This document shows positions 53,766-63,500 of a stretch of 64,000 bases of DNA, piece by piece. The stretch is from the IMG/VR virus record IMGVR_UViG_3300026430_000073, positions 1 through 64,000 of that record; one strand, written 5' to 3'. Numbering within the stretch: position 1 is the first letter of the stretch; each line of letters begins with the position of its first letter. The position numbers and the translations under genes were made by a program. Under the pieces are notes generated by a model, which was not told the origin of the DNA, did not search any database, and saw nothing but the letters and a program-made list of their open reading frames with translations. The DNA is from an uncultured virus (IMG/VR IMGVR_UViG_3300026430_000073). Lineage: Duplodnaviria; Heunggongvirae; Uroviricota; Caudoviricetes.

Positions 53766-54083
53766 ATGTCCCACACTGAACGACTCGACAGTGAAATCAA
53801 CGCTTGCATTGACGTATCGATCAACCTGTGCAGTAAGACAGGTCAGGTAGAACGCAAGTTCAGGCTGGGTGCTGATTCTCTGTGCTTCAAACGCGTCACT
53901 GACCAACTGCGCAATGCCGTCAAGCGTTACTGCGGTATGCGCAAGGTCTTAGTCGAGTATTCGCCTATAACTCGAGAGTTTATGGTTACGATCAATCTGG
54001 ATACGGTGGCCATGACCCTCGACCAATCGCAGCGCTATGTCGCTGCGATGGCACAATTAAACCAACAAGCCTTGGCGTGTTAG
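53766..54083 (+). CDS. Hypothetical protein
   Basis: GAGGT RBS. Confidence 0.65.
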   Translation: MSHTERLDSEINACIDVSINLCSKTGQVERKFRLGADSLCFKRVTDQLRNAVKRYCGMRKVLVEYSPITREFMVTINLDTVAMTLDQSQRYVAAMAQLNQQALAC

Positions 54084-54085
54084 CT

Positions 54086-54367
54086 ATGAAACATTTCATC
54101 TACGCTTTATCGGTCACTGCGATCACCTACGTGATCGGCATGTTTGTCGCAGCCACTCCCGACATCAGTCAGTGGGATGGGTTCGGGAAGATGACGCTCG
54201 CCCTACTCTGGGTGATTGGCTTGGCGTTCGTCTTCTTCGACCATCGTCGCCAACAGTCGATCGACGATTACAACGAGTTTCAGCGCCTGAAGCGTGAGAA
54301 CAAACACCTCAAGTCAGTGTCGCCAGCGCCTGGAAAGGTAGTGCCTATCCGTAAGGAGCACAAATGA
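54086..54367 (+). CDS. Two-TM membrane protein
   Basis: Two hydrophobic helices. Confidence 0.65.
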   Translation: MKHFIYALSVTAITYVIGMFVAATPDISQWDGFGKMTLALLWVIGLAFVFFDHRRQQSIDDYNEFQRLKRENKHLKSVSPAPGKVVPIRKEHK

Positions 54368-54573
54368 AACTGTTAAGCGTATTGTTCGCCTGGGCAATCG
54401 TCTTCCTGGTCGAAGGGTTCATCCTCGGCACGCACCACATCCGCGAATGGTCGTGGATCGCGATTACCATCATGATCGTGATTGATATCATCATCGCCGT
54501 CATCGCTTACGCACCGGGCGGCGTTGGCGAAGCGATGGATGGTCTGGGCGATGCGTTCGACGGCTTCGACTGA
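54364..54573 (+). CDS. Two-TM membrane protein (possible paralogue of upstream gene)
   Basis: Same TM-(I..W)-TM layout. Confidence 0.65.
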   Translation: MKLLSVLFAWAIVFLVEGFILGTHHIREWSWIAITIMIVIDIIIAVIAYAPGGVGEAMDGLGDAFDGFD

Positions 54574-54599
54574 TCTCTACTGTAAGGTGGCACATCGCT

Positions 54600-55217
54600 A
54601 TGAAAGCATTGAAAGACATCTGGGCTACCGCGACCAGGCTCCTTAACCGTCCATTGTTCCGAGCCACTGTGACGTTTCTCCCAACCGTACCTCCGGAACC
54701 AGAACCTGAACCTGCAATCAAGCGGGTACAGCGCCCGCTGATTATGGCACGGATAGGTATCGATGGGGAGGAGCAAGAAACCTCTCCTCAGTTCCTGGCT
54801 TACGGCTGGAGTAAGGGTACTTTCAACCATCTGTCAGAGCCTGTCTACACGATGATCCGGGACTTGCTCAACAAGCCGAATCTAGAGTGGAAGGTCAGCA
54901 ACAACTCGATGGACTTCCAAGGCGGACTCAGCGTTCGTACGATCGAAGTCACGCATGTCGACGGCTACGAGTTCTATGGCGATCCACATGTCGCCATGTT
55001 CTTTCCAGTAGCTCCGATTCCGAACACTAATAGTCTGTTCGGCGGACCCTCCGCGGGTCTGTTGCAACTGCTGCAAGAAATCGCCTTCAAGCTTGAGTGT
55101 AGGATCGTGACCATCGAGACCGCCACCGACGACACAGTGCTCGTCATCTTCAAGGCGTGGGGAACAGAATTTTCACCAACCGCTATTGCGGAACATTACA
55201 ACAGCAGCCTGACTTAA
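54600..55217 (+). CDS. Hypothetical protein
   Basis: ORF with PEPEPEP linker. Confidence 0.65.
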   Translation: MKALKDIWATATRLLNRPLFRATVTFLPTVPPEPEPEPAIKRVQRPLIMARIGIDGEEQETSPQFLAYGWSKGTFNHLSEPVYTMIRDLLNKPNLEWKVSNNSMDFQGGLSVRTIEVTHVDGYEFYGDPHVAMFFPVAPIPNTNSLFGGPSAGLLQLLQEIAFKLECRIVTIETATDDTVLVIFKAWGTEFSPTAIAEHYNSSLT

Positions 55218-55239
55218 GGCTGCTTTAGGAGTATGGGGC

Positions 55240-55917
55240 ATGAATATGTTGCAGGCAGCAAAGAAAACAGCGATCAAGGTGATCTATATTCCCGTAGAGG
55301 AAACCGCCGGTCACCGTGAAATCGCCATCGCGAACAGCAGTGTGTTCGAAGTGCTGCGCAAGAAGAAGTCTGCAGAGATTTCTTACTGGGGTCTGCCCGA
55401 CAATAAGTCCGACGTGATGCGCCGCCGCATTCGTGTAGTCAGGCAAGAGAAGAAGACGGCAGCAGGTAGCTTAGAGGATATCCCAGATCTTGAAGACGTC
55501 CATTACTCCGACCTGCCGTGGATCGGCAACGTCACCTTCAACCAGGCGCCACGACAGTTCCGGTCGAAGCACGTACTGGCGGTGGTGGCTGAGGTCGTTC
55601 GTGAGATCGATGGTTATCTGTTTAGTATTCGGATCGACAGCGACAAGATGTTCGAACCACAGCCGCCAATGATCCTCTGCCGCTTGTACAAGGCAGGACC
55701 ACTGGAACTGAACCATCGCATCGACGTTCACCTCGAACCTACTGAAGAGCAGATTAAAGCCATGAAAGCGCCATGGGACGTACCACCGTCTCTGATCGCT
55801 GAAATGGCTGCTCTCGATTACCAGCTGCGGGGCAACACGTTTGTCCACCCTCTGCTGGATTCGCAAGGCCACAGGCTGGTATGCGAACAGTACGGTAAGC
55901 TCGTCATCGAACAGTGA
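55240..55917 (+). CDS. Hypothetical protein
   Basis: AGGAG RBS. Confidence 0.7.
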   Translation: MNMLQAAKKTAIKVIYIPVEETAGHREIAIANSSVFEVLRKKKSAEISYWGLPDNKSDVMRRRIRVVRQEKKTAAGSLEDIPDLEDVHYSDLPWIGNVTFNQAPRQFRSKHVLAVVAEVVREIDGYLFSIRIDSDKMFEPQPPMILCRLYKAGPLELNHRIDVHLEPTEEQIKAMKAPWDVPPSLIAEMAALDYQLRGNTFVHPLLDSQGHRLVCEQYGKLVIEQ

Positions 55918-55926
55918 GGTAACGTC

Positions 55927-56382
55927 ATGAAGTTGGAACTGATTCCCAAGTGGGTCTGGCTACTCTTACTTGCGGCGGTACTGGGCGGTGCCTATTTCGG
56001 CATCGGCTATGCGGTGGATACCTACCGCAACATGACCACGGAGTTGGCTGAGGAAAAGGCGAAGGTCGCCAACTTGCTCGAGATCAACGCCAGTGTCAAC
56101 CAGGAACTCATCAGACGCGTCAAGGACGATGAGGACCGCAGGAAGACCGAGGAAGCAATCGATCAGCAAACCACTGATCTGCTGGGCTCGGTTGATGAGT
56201 TAGGCGTCAAGCTAGCCAAAGCGGTGGCTGAACGGAAGAAACTGGAAAGCAAACTGGCTGATCAGTCCAACGGATCGAATCCGAATACCTTCAGGGGTAT
56301 CCCGGTAGAGATCGAAATCACATGGCAGGCTTACTGCAAGGTAGCTCCATCCGACCCGCGGTGTGAGCCTAAGGAGAAGTAG
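55927..56382 (+). CDS. Rz-like inner-membrane spanin
   Basis: N-terminal TM, coiled coil, C-terminal Cys pair; followed by a lipoprotein gene. Confidence 0.75.
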   Translation: MKLELIPKWVWLLLLAAVLGGAYFGIGYAVDTYRNMTTELAEEKAKVANLLEINASVNQELIRRVKDDEDRRKTEEAIDQQTTDLLGSVDELGVKLAKAVAERKKLESKLADQSNGSNPNTFRGIPVEIEITWQAYCKVAPSDPRCEPKEK

Positions 56383-56385
56383 CAA

Positions 56386-56718
56386 GTGTTCAGGATTCTG
56401 TCCGTAGCGTGTTTCTCGATCTTGATCACAGGTTGTGCTCCCAAGGTCAAAGAGGTCATCGTAGAGCGTACCGTCACCAAGTACGCTGTCATCGACGATC
56501 GGTGGTTGAAAGACTGTCCGGTACTCTCTCCGGCAGAACCTGATGAATACCGTCAGATGTCTCTCCAGGAGCAGGTGGACTTCTGGAGCGGTCTGTACAT
56601 CAAACAGATCGGTCTGGTGGGTGCGTGCAACATCCGCTTGGATAATACGCGCAACTACAACGCCCTCAAGAAAGATGAGGTCAACATCCTCACCTGTAAG
56701 GAAGGCGTTTGCAAATGA
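56386..56718 (+). CDS. Rz1-like outer-membrane spanin lipoprotein
   Basis: Lipobox LITG-C; 'CN..L' C-terminal motif. Confidence 0.75.
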   Translation: MFRILSVACFSILITGCAPKVKEVIVERTVTKYAVIDDRWLKDCPVLSPAEPDEYRQMSLQEQVDFWSGLYIKQIGLVGACNIRLDNTRNYNALKKDEVNILTCKEGVCK

Positions 56719-56753
56719 CATATAGGCCGGGTAATCCCCGGCCTATATGCTGT

Positions 56754-56778
56754 TAAAGTTTATTCGGTCATACATAAT
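56754..56778 (+). promoter_or_regulatory. Putative phage early promoter
   Basis: TAAA...TCATACATAAT after terminator. Confidence 0.55.
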
Positions 56779-56810
56779 CGACAGGATGAACCGTGATAAT
56801 AGGTGGCCCT

Positions 56811-57260
56811 ATGTTCTACCATGTGATAACACATAATGCCGCCGCTGCAGAGAGCCTAGGACCTTTGCCGAAGTATGCGGACAAGGAAGATAATTGTTTC
56901 ATTTGGCGGTGCGGTCATTGGACTGTAAGCGACAAAGTGCTCGAGCCCCAAGTCGCTGGAAAGCCAACAACCGTTTCAGAAGGCGTCCTTCTGATGAAGC
57001 TGCTGGATGTTGACGCTCTCGCTATCGCGAAGTGCATCACTGCTGCACAACGCTTCAGACGCTGGTACTACTTCCGCAAGGCTGGAGACAGCGAGCAAAT
57101 CAAGATCGTCCGATTAGAGGACAGGCTGTGCTTTAAGTACAGCTGCATCGCAGATGCGATTCCTGAACACGCCTACTTTGAGCACAATCTGGAATTCGCA
57201 CTTAACCAAACCACTACAGATGAGAGTGAGCTTTATCTATGTCACATGTTAACCAGGTAG
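56811..57260 (+). CDS. Hypothetical protein
   Basis: AGGT RBS before ATG 56811. Confidence 0.65.
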   Translation: MFYHVITHNAAAAESLGPLPKYADKEDNCFIWRCGHWTVSDKVLEPQVAGKPTTVSEGVLLMKLLDVDALAIAKCITAAQRFRRWYYFRKAGDSEQIKIVRLEDRLCFKYSCIADAIPEHAYFEHNLEFALNQTTTDESELYLCHMLTR

Positions 57261-57532
57261 TCAGCTACGACGAAGACTTCGTACAACAAAGCGTAGACTA
57301 CGGCCGTGCCGTAGCGGACCTGCGTAGTCGTCGTTTGGCTCTGGATGCTAAATACGGGCAGTTGTCGACTGAACGTCAGGAAATGCAAATGCGCCACGAA
57401 GATACGACCGAGATTACCGATCGTATCCGCGAGGTCATGGGTAAGATGCGCGAGATTTCTGACTCCATCGATATACTGCTCGAGAAACAGTTAGTCCATC
57501 TCAATACTTGCCAGCATCGGCAGCGTGCCTGA
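57239..57532 (+). CDS. Coiled-coil hypothetical protein
   Basis: Heptad-like pattern. Confidence 0.6.
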   Translation: MSHVNQVVSYDEDFVQQSVDYGRAVADLRSRRLALDAKYGQLSTERQEMQMRHEDTTEITDRIREVMGKMREISDSIDILLEKQLVHLNTCQHRQRA

Positions 57533-57540
57533 AATCGCAT

Positions 57541-57565
57541 TAAAAAGAATTTCAGTCATACATAC
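57541..57565 (+). promoter_or_regulatory. Putative phage early promoter
   Basis: TAAAAAGAATTTCAGTCATACATAC, a near copy of the 5225 site. Confidence 0.6.
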
Positions 57566-57634
57566 TCAGCGTGAGTTGTGCAACATGACGGCTCAAGGAA
57601 CACCAATCGCATAACACCGAAGGAGGTAATCGCG

Positions 57635-57814
57635 ATGCTTAATTTCCTGTTTGGTAACACCCGCAGCAACGAAGTCACCGATTCCCTCCTGAGGGAAAAG
57701 CGGATGGCTGAGAAGCTGTTCGAACGCGCCATGCGTAACCACGGCGTTAACTCTGACGAAGCTAACCACTGGTCTGCAAAGATCGATGAGGCCGAAGCCG
57801 CCTTGGCAGCATAA
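57635..57814 (+). CDS. Small hypothetical protein
   Basis: AAGGAGGT RBS before ATG 57635. Confidence 0.65.
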   Translation: MLNFLFGNTRSNEVTDSLLREKRMAEKLFERAMRNHGVNSDEANHWSAKIDEAEAALAA

Positions 57815-57825
57815 AGGAAAATGTG

Positions 57826-58077
57826 ATGGCAGAGTTATTCAAGATAAGTCACTACCGAGGTGACGTAGATGACGAGGACCCGGACGAGTTCTTCAACAAC
57901 TTGCTCGAAGAGGCACAGGAGTTGAGCTATAAAGCCGATGCGTTGAAACGTTTCGGCACGAGTCCGCACGTTCAAGTCGACTACATCGACATGCGCCGTA
58001 AGGAGCTGTTGGGTATGCAGGGTGACATCTACAAATTCGTAGTGAATGAACTCGGCCGTCAAGGCCAAGTACTTTAG
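57826..58077 (+). CDS. Hypothetical protein
   Basis: AAGGA RBS. Confidence 0.65.
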   Translation: MAELFKISHYRGDVDDEDPDEFFNNLLEEAQELSYKADALKRFGTSPHVQVDYIDMRRKELLGMQGDIYKFVVNELGRQGQVL

Positions 58078-58178
58078 CGACCGAAAGGTCAGACTGGACA
58101 TCCCCTTTAGGGGCGGGAAACCGCCCTCTTTTTTTTTGTTACAAAACCGCCCTGTGCTATAACTACAAGGAGACTACC

Positions 58179-58640
58179 ATGCTTGGGAAGAATAAAAAGA
58201 TGTATTGGGTGGACTGCATTTATGCGATTCTGCTCGTTGGGTTCATCTGGCTGACTAATTACGCCGACGGTAAATCAAGTTATCCGACCGAACGGGTTGT
58301 GCGCTCCGCGGAACTGACTCAAGCGTGGAGCTACTTGAGCGGTTCCAAGAGTCATCTAGAAGAAAACTGGATGGGCTACTTCGTCGATAAGAAGACCAAA
58401 GCGGGCTTCGAACATCCGATAAGCGGCGGTGTCTATCAGACGTACAAGTCAGGTAAACGTGGGATCGTTTACGACATCAACGTAGTGCGCTATAAGTTCG
58501 ACCCTAACGTCACCAGTACCCCATGGTGGTTTGTAGCCGTTATAGTTTCGGCGATCTGTACCGTTCTCGTCGGGTTCCTTTGGTTCTGTTGGGTCATGGA
58601 CCGGAAGAAGGAAAACACCCCACATCCTGACTTCCGGTGA
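58179..58640 (+). CDS. Two-TM membrane protein
   Basis: TM helices at both ends; AAGGAG RBS. Confidence 0.7.
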   Translation: MLGKNKKMYWVDCIYAILLVGFIWLTNYADGKSSYPTERVVRSAELTQAWSYLSGSKSHLEENWMGYFVDKKTKAGFEHPISGGVYQTYKSGKRGIVYDINVVRYKFDPNVTSTPWWFVAVIVSAICTVLVGFLWFCWVMDRKKENTPHPDFR

Positions 58641-58680
58641 TATTCGTATGCCCACTATAGGGCATTGACGGATCATCACC

Positions 58681-59103
58681 ATGGCTAAGCTGTTCAGTAA
58701 CTTCGACACACGTCAACTGAGTCGTCAGGAAAATCTGCTCCTCGATGACTTCAGCTTCAACGACCAGAGTGGTCTGGGTCTCATCACTGCGAGGAAAGGT
58801 TTCGTTACCGACTACGCTTCGATCGATGCCCTGTACAACATCCTCACGTTCTTGTTCTACGCTCTGCTCATGAGTTACGGGGACAAGAGCGCCACCATCC
58901 ACGACTGGCTGTATAGCGGGTACGGGATTGAGGTGGAGCCTGGTCGGTTCTATTACCCAACCCGTAAGGAGTGTGATCAGATCTTCTATCGCGCTCTACG
59001 GGCTGAGGGTATCGCTAAATGGCGGGCATGGATCTTCTACGCCGGTGTTCGCCTCTTCGCCAAACGTAACTTCTCGACCACCTCTGAGAAGTTTGCTGTA
59101 TAG
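58681..59103 (+). CDS. DUF1353 family protein
   Basis: GFVTDYASI, A.IHDWLY, R.ECD.IF, A...YAGVRLF. Confidence 0.8.
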   Translation: MAKLFSNFDTRQLSRQENLLLDDFSFNDQSGLGLITARKGFVTDYASIDALYNILTFLFYALLMSYGDKSATIHDWLYSGYGIEVEPGRFYYPTRKECDQIFYRALRAEGIAKWRAWIFYAGVRLFAKRNFSTTSEKFAV

Positions 59104-59113
59104 AGAGGATTAG

Positions 59114-59404
59114 ATGAGAAAGCTGCACCTAAAGACAGACATGGATGTGCCGGGCTTCTTCGTTATCGAGATGGTCGATACCGGAAAGGTCTACACCGGT
59201 ACGTCCACTCAGATGCAAACCGCCTTACTCAAGATCAAGCGTGATCTGGAAGACGGCAAGATGAACTGTCCTAGGTTGCAGCGCGTCTATGGGCCGAGGG
59301 AGGACATCAAGGTGAGGTTCTACCCTGCCGTAGATGTGAGTGAGGCGAAGAAAGAAGAACGTAAGTTCCGGAAGGATCGGCCTAGTTGGTTACTTCTGAA
59401 TTGA
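59114..59404 (+). CDS. Small degenerate GIY-YIG-like protein
   Basis: GFFVI....TGKVYTG.S...E...LLN pattern. Confidence 0.5.
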   Translation: MRKLHLKTDMDVPGFFVIEMVDTGKVYTGTSTQMQTALLKIKRDLEDGKMNCPRLQRVYGPREDIKVRFYPAVDVSEAKKEERKFRKDRPSWLLLN

Positions 59405-59406
59405 CG

Positions 59407-59450
59407 ACATAGAGCCCCGGCGTTTGCCGGGGCCTTATGCTGTTTTTTTT
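59407..59450. terminator. Bidirectional terminator at the convergent junction
   Basis: GCCCCGGC-GTTT-GCCGGGGC with CATA/TATG flanks and T tract. Confidence 0.75.
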
Positions 59451-60528
59451 AGGCGAGGATGCCCTTCAGCCATTTCAGTACCAACGCTGGGCGCATGATG
59501 ATGCGGTCAGCGGCAGCAACTGCCATGCTGAATACCTGGATGTCGTCCAGGATTTGCTTCTTCTCCTCAGGCTTCATCTCGCGACCTTGGGACTCGAAGC
59601 GCGCGATGCGTTTCTCCATCCCTTTGATGGTACCTTGCAGGTCTTCGGACTGGCCGTGGATGCTGACGATGCACGCGGTGAACTTGCCGATGTACTCCGC
59701 GATTTTCGGAATATCCACTTCGTACTCTTGCTTGTTGTCGTCGCCATTGCCGTTGGCTGGGAACGAGGCCATGATGTGGCCGATCTCGGTCCGGAAGTGA
59801 TCAGGAGTACCGCCCTTCACTTCGCCCTGCATCAGGTTCTTGACCTGAGTGCCATTGCAAACGGCGATGATCTTGTCCAGCTCACCCCAGTTGATCTGGT
59901 CGCCTTTGACCATCCAGCCCGGCAGGCGCTTCATCGACTTGACCTTGACGCCCGAACCTTCCTGCGATTTGTACTTCTCGGCGAAGCCGTCAGAAGCCAG
60001 GCGCTTGATGCCATCGTCGGAGTACTTCTTCGCGTACGCTTTTGCGTCTTCCTCGGCCTTCTTCGCTTCTTCGGCCTTGGCTTTGGTCTTGGCGCTACCG
60101 CGAGTGAACAGGGCAAGCAGCGCCTTGACCTTTTCGCGGATCCATTTGATGGCAGCGTCGATGGCGCCTTTGACTTTCTGACCCACGGTCTTCTTGTCGG
60201 CTTCCGCCGCTTCGAACGAAGGGGCAATCAGGTCAACCGGGATACCCAGGCCGCTGGAGCGCAGCAAACATTCCAAGTTGAAGCGATAGCTTTCCATCGC
60301 AGCTTCGGTGATGTCGCCAGCTTCCACTCGCTCGGACATCGAGTCGAGCGACTGCACCAGCGCCACGCCGCGATCGATCTCGTTAGCGCTGTGCTCGATC
60401 AGCTGAGACAGGTCGCCGTCGATGGTGTCGTTGTCATCAGGCGGGATCTCGACAACGGCGGGTTCTGGAGTGATCAGACCCGACTCGACGCCGTAGGTAT
60501 TCAGGATATCGCTCAGGAGAGTTTGCAT
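59449..60528 (-). CDS. Internal head protein paralogue
   Basis: Acidic N-terminus, GVES, AMES, 'GLGIPVDLIAPSFE', then an 'AIKWIREKV' helix as in 672..2087. Confidence 0.8.
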   Translation of the reverse strand: MQTLLSDILNTYGVESGLITPEPAVVEIPPDDNDTIDGDLSQLIEHSANEIDRGVALVQSLDSMSERVEAGDITEAAMESYRFNLECLLRSSGLGIPVDLIAPSFEAAEADKKTVGQKVKGAIDAAIKWIREKVKALLALFTRGSAKTKAKAEEAKKAEEDAKAYAKKYSDDGIKRLASDGFAEKYKSQEGSGVKVKSMKRLPGWMVKGDQINWGELDKIIAVCNGTQVKNLMQGEVKGGTPDHFRTEIGHIMASFPANGNGDDNKQEYEVDIPKIAEYIGKFTACIVSIHGQSEDLQGTIKGMEKRIARFESQGREMKPEEKKQILDDIQVFSMAVAAADRIIMRPALVLKWLKGILA

Positions 60529-60577
60529 GTTGATACTCGCTGTTGTTAAGGTTGGCGGACCGTAGTCCGCCCCTATA

Positions 60578-63500
60578 TTACTTGATACTGCGTTCCATCC
60601 AGGCCATCAACGCAATGATGACATCACCACCAACAGAGGAAGAATCAGGGAACCCTTCGACGATGGCTTGCCCTACGGTCTGGTGGTAGTATTGATCGTA
60701 GTAATCCATGTACAGCATTTCGTCGTACTCATGGATTACATTCGAGAAATCACTACCATCTTCGAAGTCCAGCCATGACTGATAGAAGTCACTGCTTTCG
60801 CGCATCTTCAAGCACTCGCGGATGATCTTAACCGCAGCGATAAAGCCGTTGCGATCGAGTGCCGGAATGCGGGCAGGGGACTTGACCTCAGTTTCCTTAC
60901 CCTCAACGTTACCGCCAAACATCCAGCGGTCGTTCTTGTCGAAGTAGACCTCGACACTGCCGATCACCTTGACGGGAGTCATCTTGGCCATCGGCACCGG
61001 GATGTCGTCGTAGGCCTTGACCGCTTCTCTGATCAGCTCTTCAAACTTGTCGTGCTGATCAGCCTTGGCAGCGGCGATGAGTGGTTTCTCATACTTGCCG
61101 TAAACCCGCTGCACCGCACTGTCCATCTCTTTGAGTTGGGACGCAAACTTGGCAGCCTTCGTCTTGTAGTCATTGAGATGACCATTGATAGCCGACATCG
61201 GATTGGTGGTCGTGAACTTACCGTCGTACGACAACGCCTGGATGATGCCGTTACTTGGGACGTCGACGTTGAACTGTTGTTTAGACAGCCAGGAATCGTT
61301 GCCGAAGTAATCATCGATGTATTCAAGCAGCGCTTTAATTTCCTTGGTGCTCATCCAAGGTTTAGTCGGTAGGTGTTTCTTCTTGTCTTCGCGATTATCG
61401 CCGAAGATCATCTTCTTCAGGTTACTCATCACCTGCGAGAAGCTTTCGGTCGAGTATTCCGCTTTCGACTTGACGATCTCGAGACGGTAGTTGGCGAGCA
61501 CCTTACTGATATCGACTTGCTCGGTCTTGATGATCGATTCATCGATAGTGTTCTGGGTCTTATACTCGTTCTCGATGCCGTTCTGCTGATTGAAGTTCGG
61601 CAGCCACTCGTCAGAGTTCTCACCCTTGATGGTGTACAGGAAGACCTGGGCCTTTCTGACGTCAGCGGGAGTGATGTTGTCCGGCGAGGTAATGACCAGC
61701 TTACGAGTCTTGGCATCGTACGAATATCGATCGACACGGAACTCTTTCTCAAGAGCCGAGCCAATCCCCAACATGATCGCATCTTCACGATCGGTGGTTG
61801 CGTACAGCCACTCGTTCGACTCCACGCCATCCCAACGAACCAGCTCACCGGAGCGCTGGAAGCCAGGCATGAGTTCGCCCTGCTTATACATCGAGCCGTG
61901 GTACAGGTAATGCGGGACATCAAAGCCCACACTCTCTTTCGAGTAAGCTTCGTTACCCCAACCTGTCCGGCCTTGGTTAGTCAAGTTCGTACGAGCCCCG
62001 ATGCGGTCAAGGAACTTGTCAATACCGAGGATTTGTGCGAGCAGGTCACCAGCGTCGACAAGCAGATCGAACACCTCAGTCGAGTACTCATCAACGGACG
62101 CGGATTCCAATGCCAGCGTATCCACGTCGACGTTATTCACGCCAAGGATCTGCGACACTTGGTTCTGACTCCAGAGCAGGATGTCATTACTGCGCGTCGA
62201 GATGTTCGGCATGTCGCCAGTGTCGAGCAGGAAGTCGAACACGTAGACGTTCTTGTCCTGACCAAGACGGTTTGCACGAGCGATGGTCTGTGTACGGATA
62301 GCGTCACGGAACGGCTGGTTGATCATGAGGATCGTGTTGGCCGCAGTGAGAGGTACCGCAGTCGAGAGTGACTGGTAGGTAGCGCACAGCGGATTGAGGT
62401 CTTCGTCTTTGTAGAACTGACCCACGATCGATGCCAAGTCTTTGTTGGTAGCGCCGTAGACGCGCCCAGACTTATAGCCGTTGCTGTCGACGATATCAGC
62501 CACCGACTCGAGGACCTCGACGTAGCTGGTGAAGATCAGCGTCTTCTTCTCAGCGTCGTCGATGTACTTGTTGAAGTCGATGTGCTTGACCATCTCGACG
62601 TGACACTTCGAGCGCATACCGCCAACGATGGTGCCGAGTGCCTCGCCCATGATCTTGAGGTCGACGTACTTGATAACCGAACGAGCACCTTTGAAGTTGT
62701 TCTTCAGCGGATTGTTCAGGACCGGGATGATGGTCTTGAGCTCGTACTGGTTACAGAGCTGTGCTTCAGCCTTCATCGTCTGCGGATCAAAACGACCGGC
62801 GATGACTTTGAATGCAGACTGGTACGCTTCGAACTGACGCTTCTGCTGGTCAGTCTTGAGCGTCTGCTTGAAGACCTTCAGGCCATCCTCGTAGAACTTG
62901 ACATAGTCCAGTCGGTGTTTGGCGTAATGCTCACGACGCTTGTCGATGAACTCACGCAGCAGCTTACCGATGTTCTCGAGGGTGTAATCCTTCGCGTTAG
63001 GCATCGAGACTTTGACGGTCTCAACGATAACCTCGGTATGGACCACGTCCTGTTGAGGTACGTGATACTTGAGGTGACCGATGCGGTTACGCAGGATGTC
63101 GTTAGCGCGCTTAGCGTCACGACCGTAGATCTTACGGAAGGCTTCTTCGCAGTAGCTGTCAAACAGCGGGTCAACACACTTCAGGAACGGGATGCACTCA
63201 GTGCCCAGCGCCTGGATCGGGGTACCAGAAGCCCAGAGGTTGTAGGTAACCTGAGGGAGGTTGCACAGCTCGATGAAGAACTGGGTACGGTCCGATGCGA
63301 TGCGGTTGAAGTTGTGCGACTCGTCAAGGATGACGAAAGTGTTCTTGAACGCCTGTGGGTTTGCCTTGACAAACGCCAGCATCTGCTCGAGCGACTCGTA
63401 GTGGCAGATGAAGTAGTAGTCGTTGACGCTAGGCGGCTTGTTACCCACCGACAGCCAGTAGGGTTGCTTCTTCAGGACGATGTCCTTGATGGTAGCTTCC

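Noticed and set aside
59114..59404. Mobile GIY-YIG homing endonuclease
   Set aside because: Only 96 aa, a degenerate motif with no evident catalytic Arg, and no DNA-binding tail.
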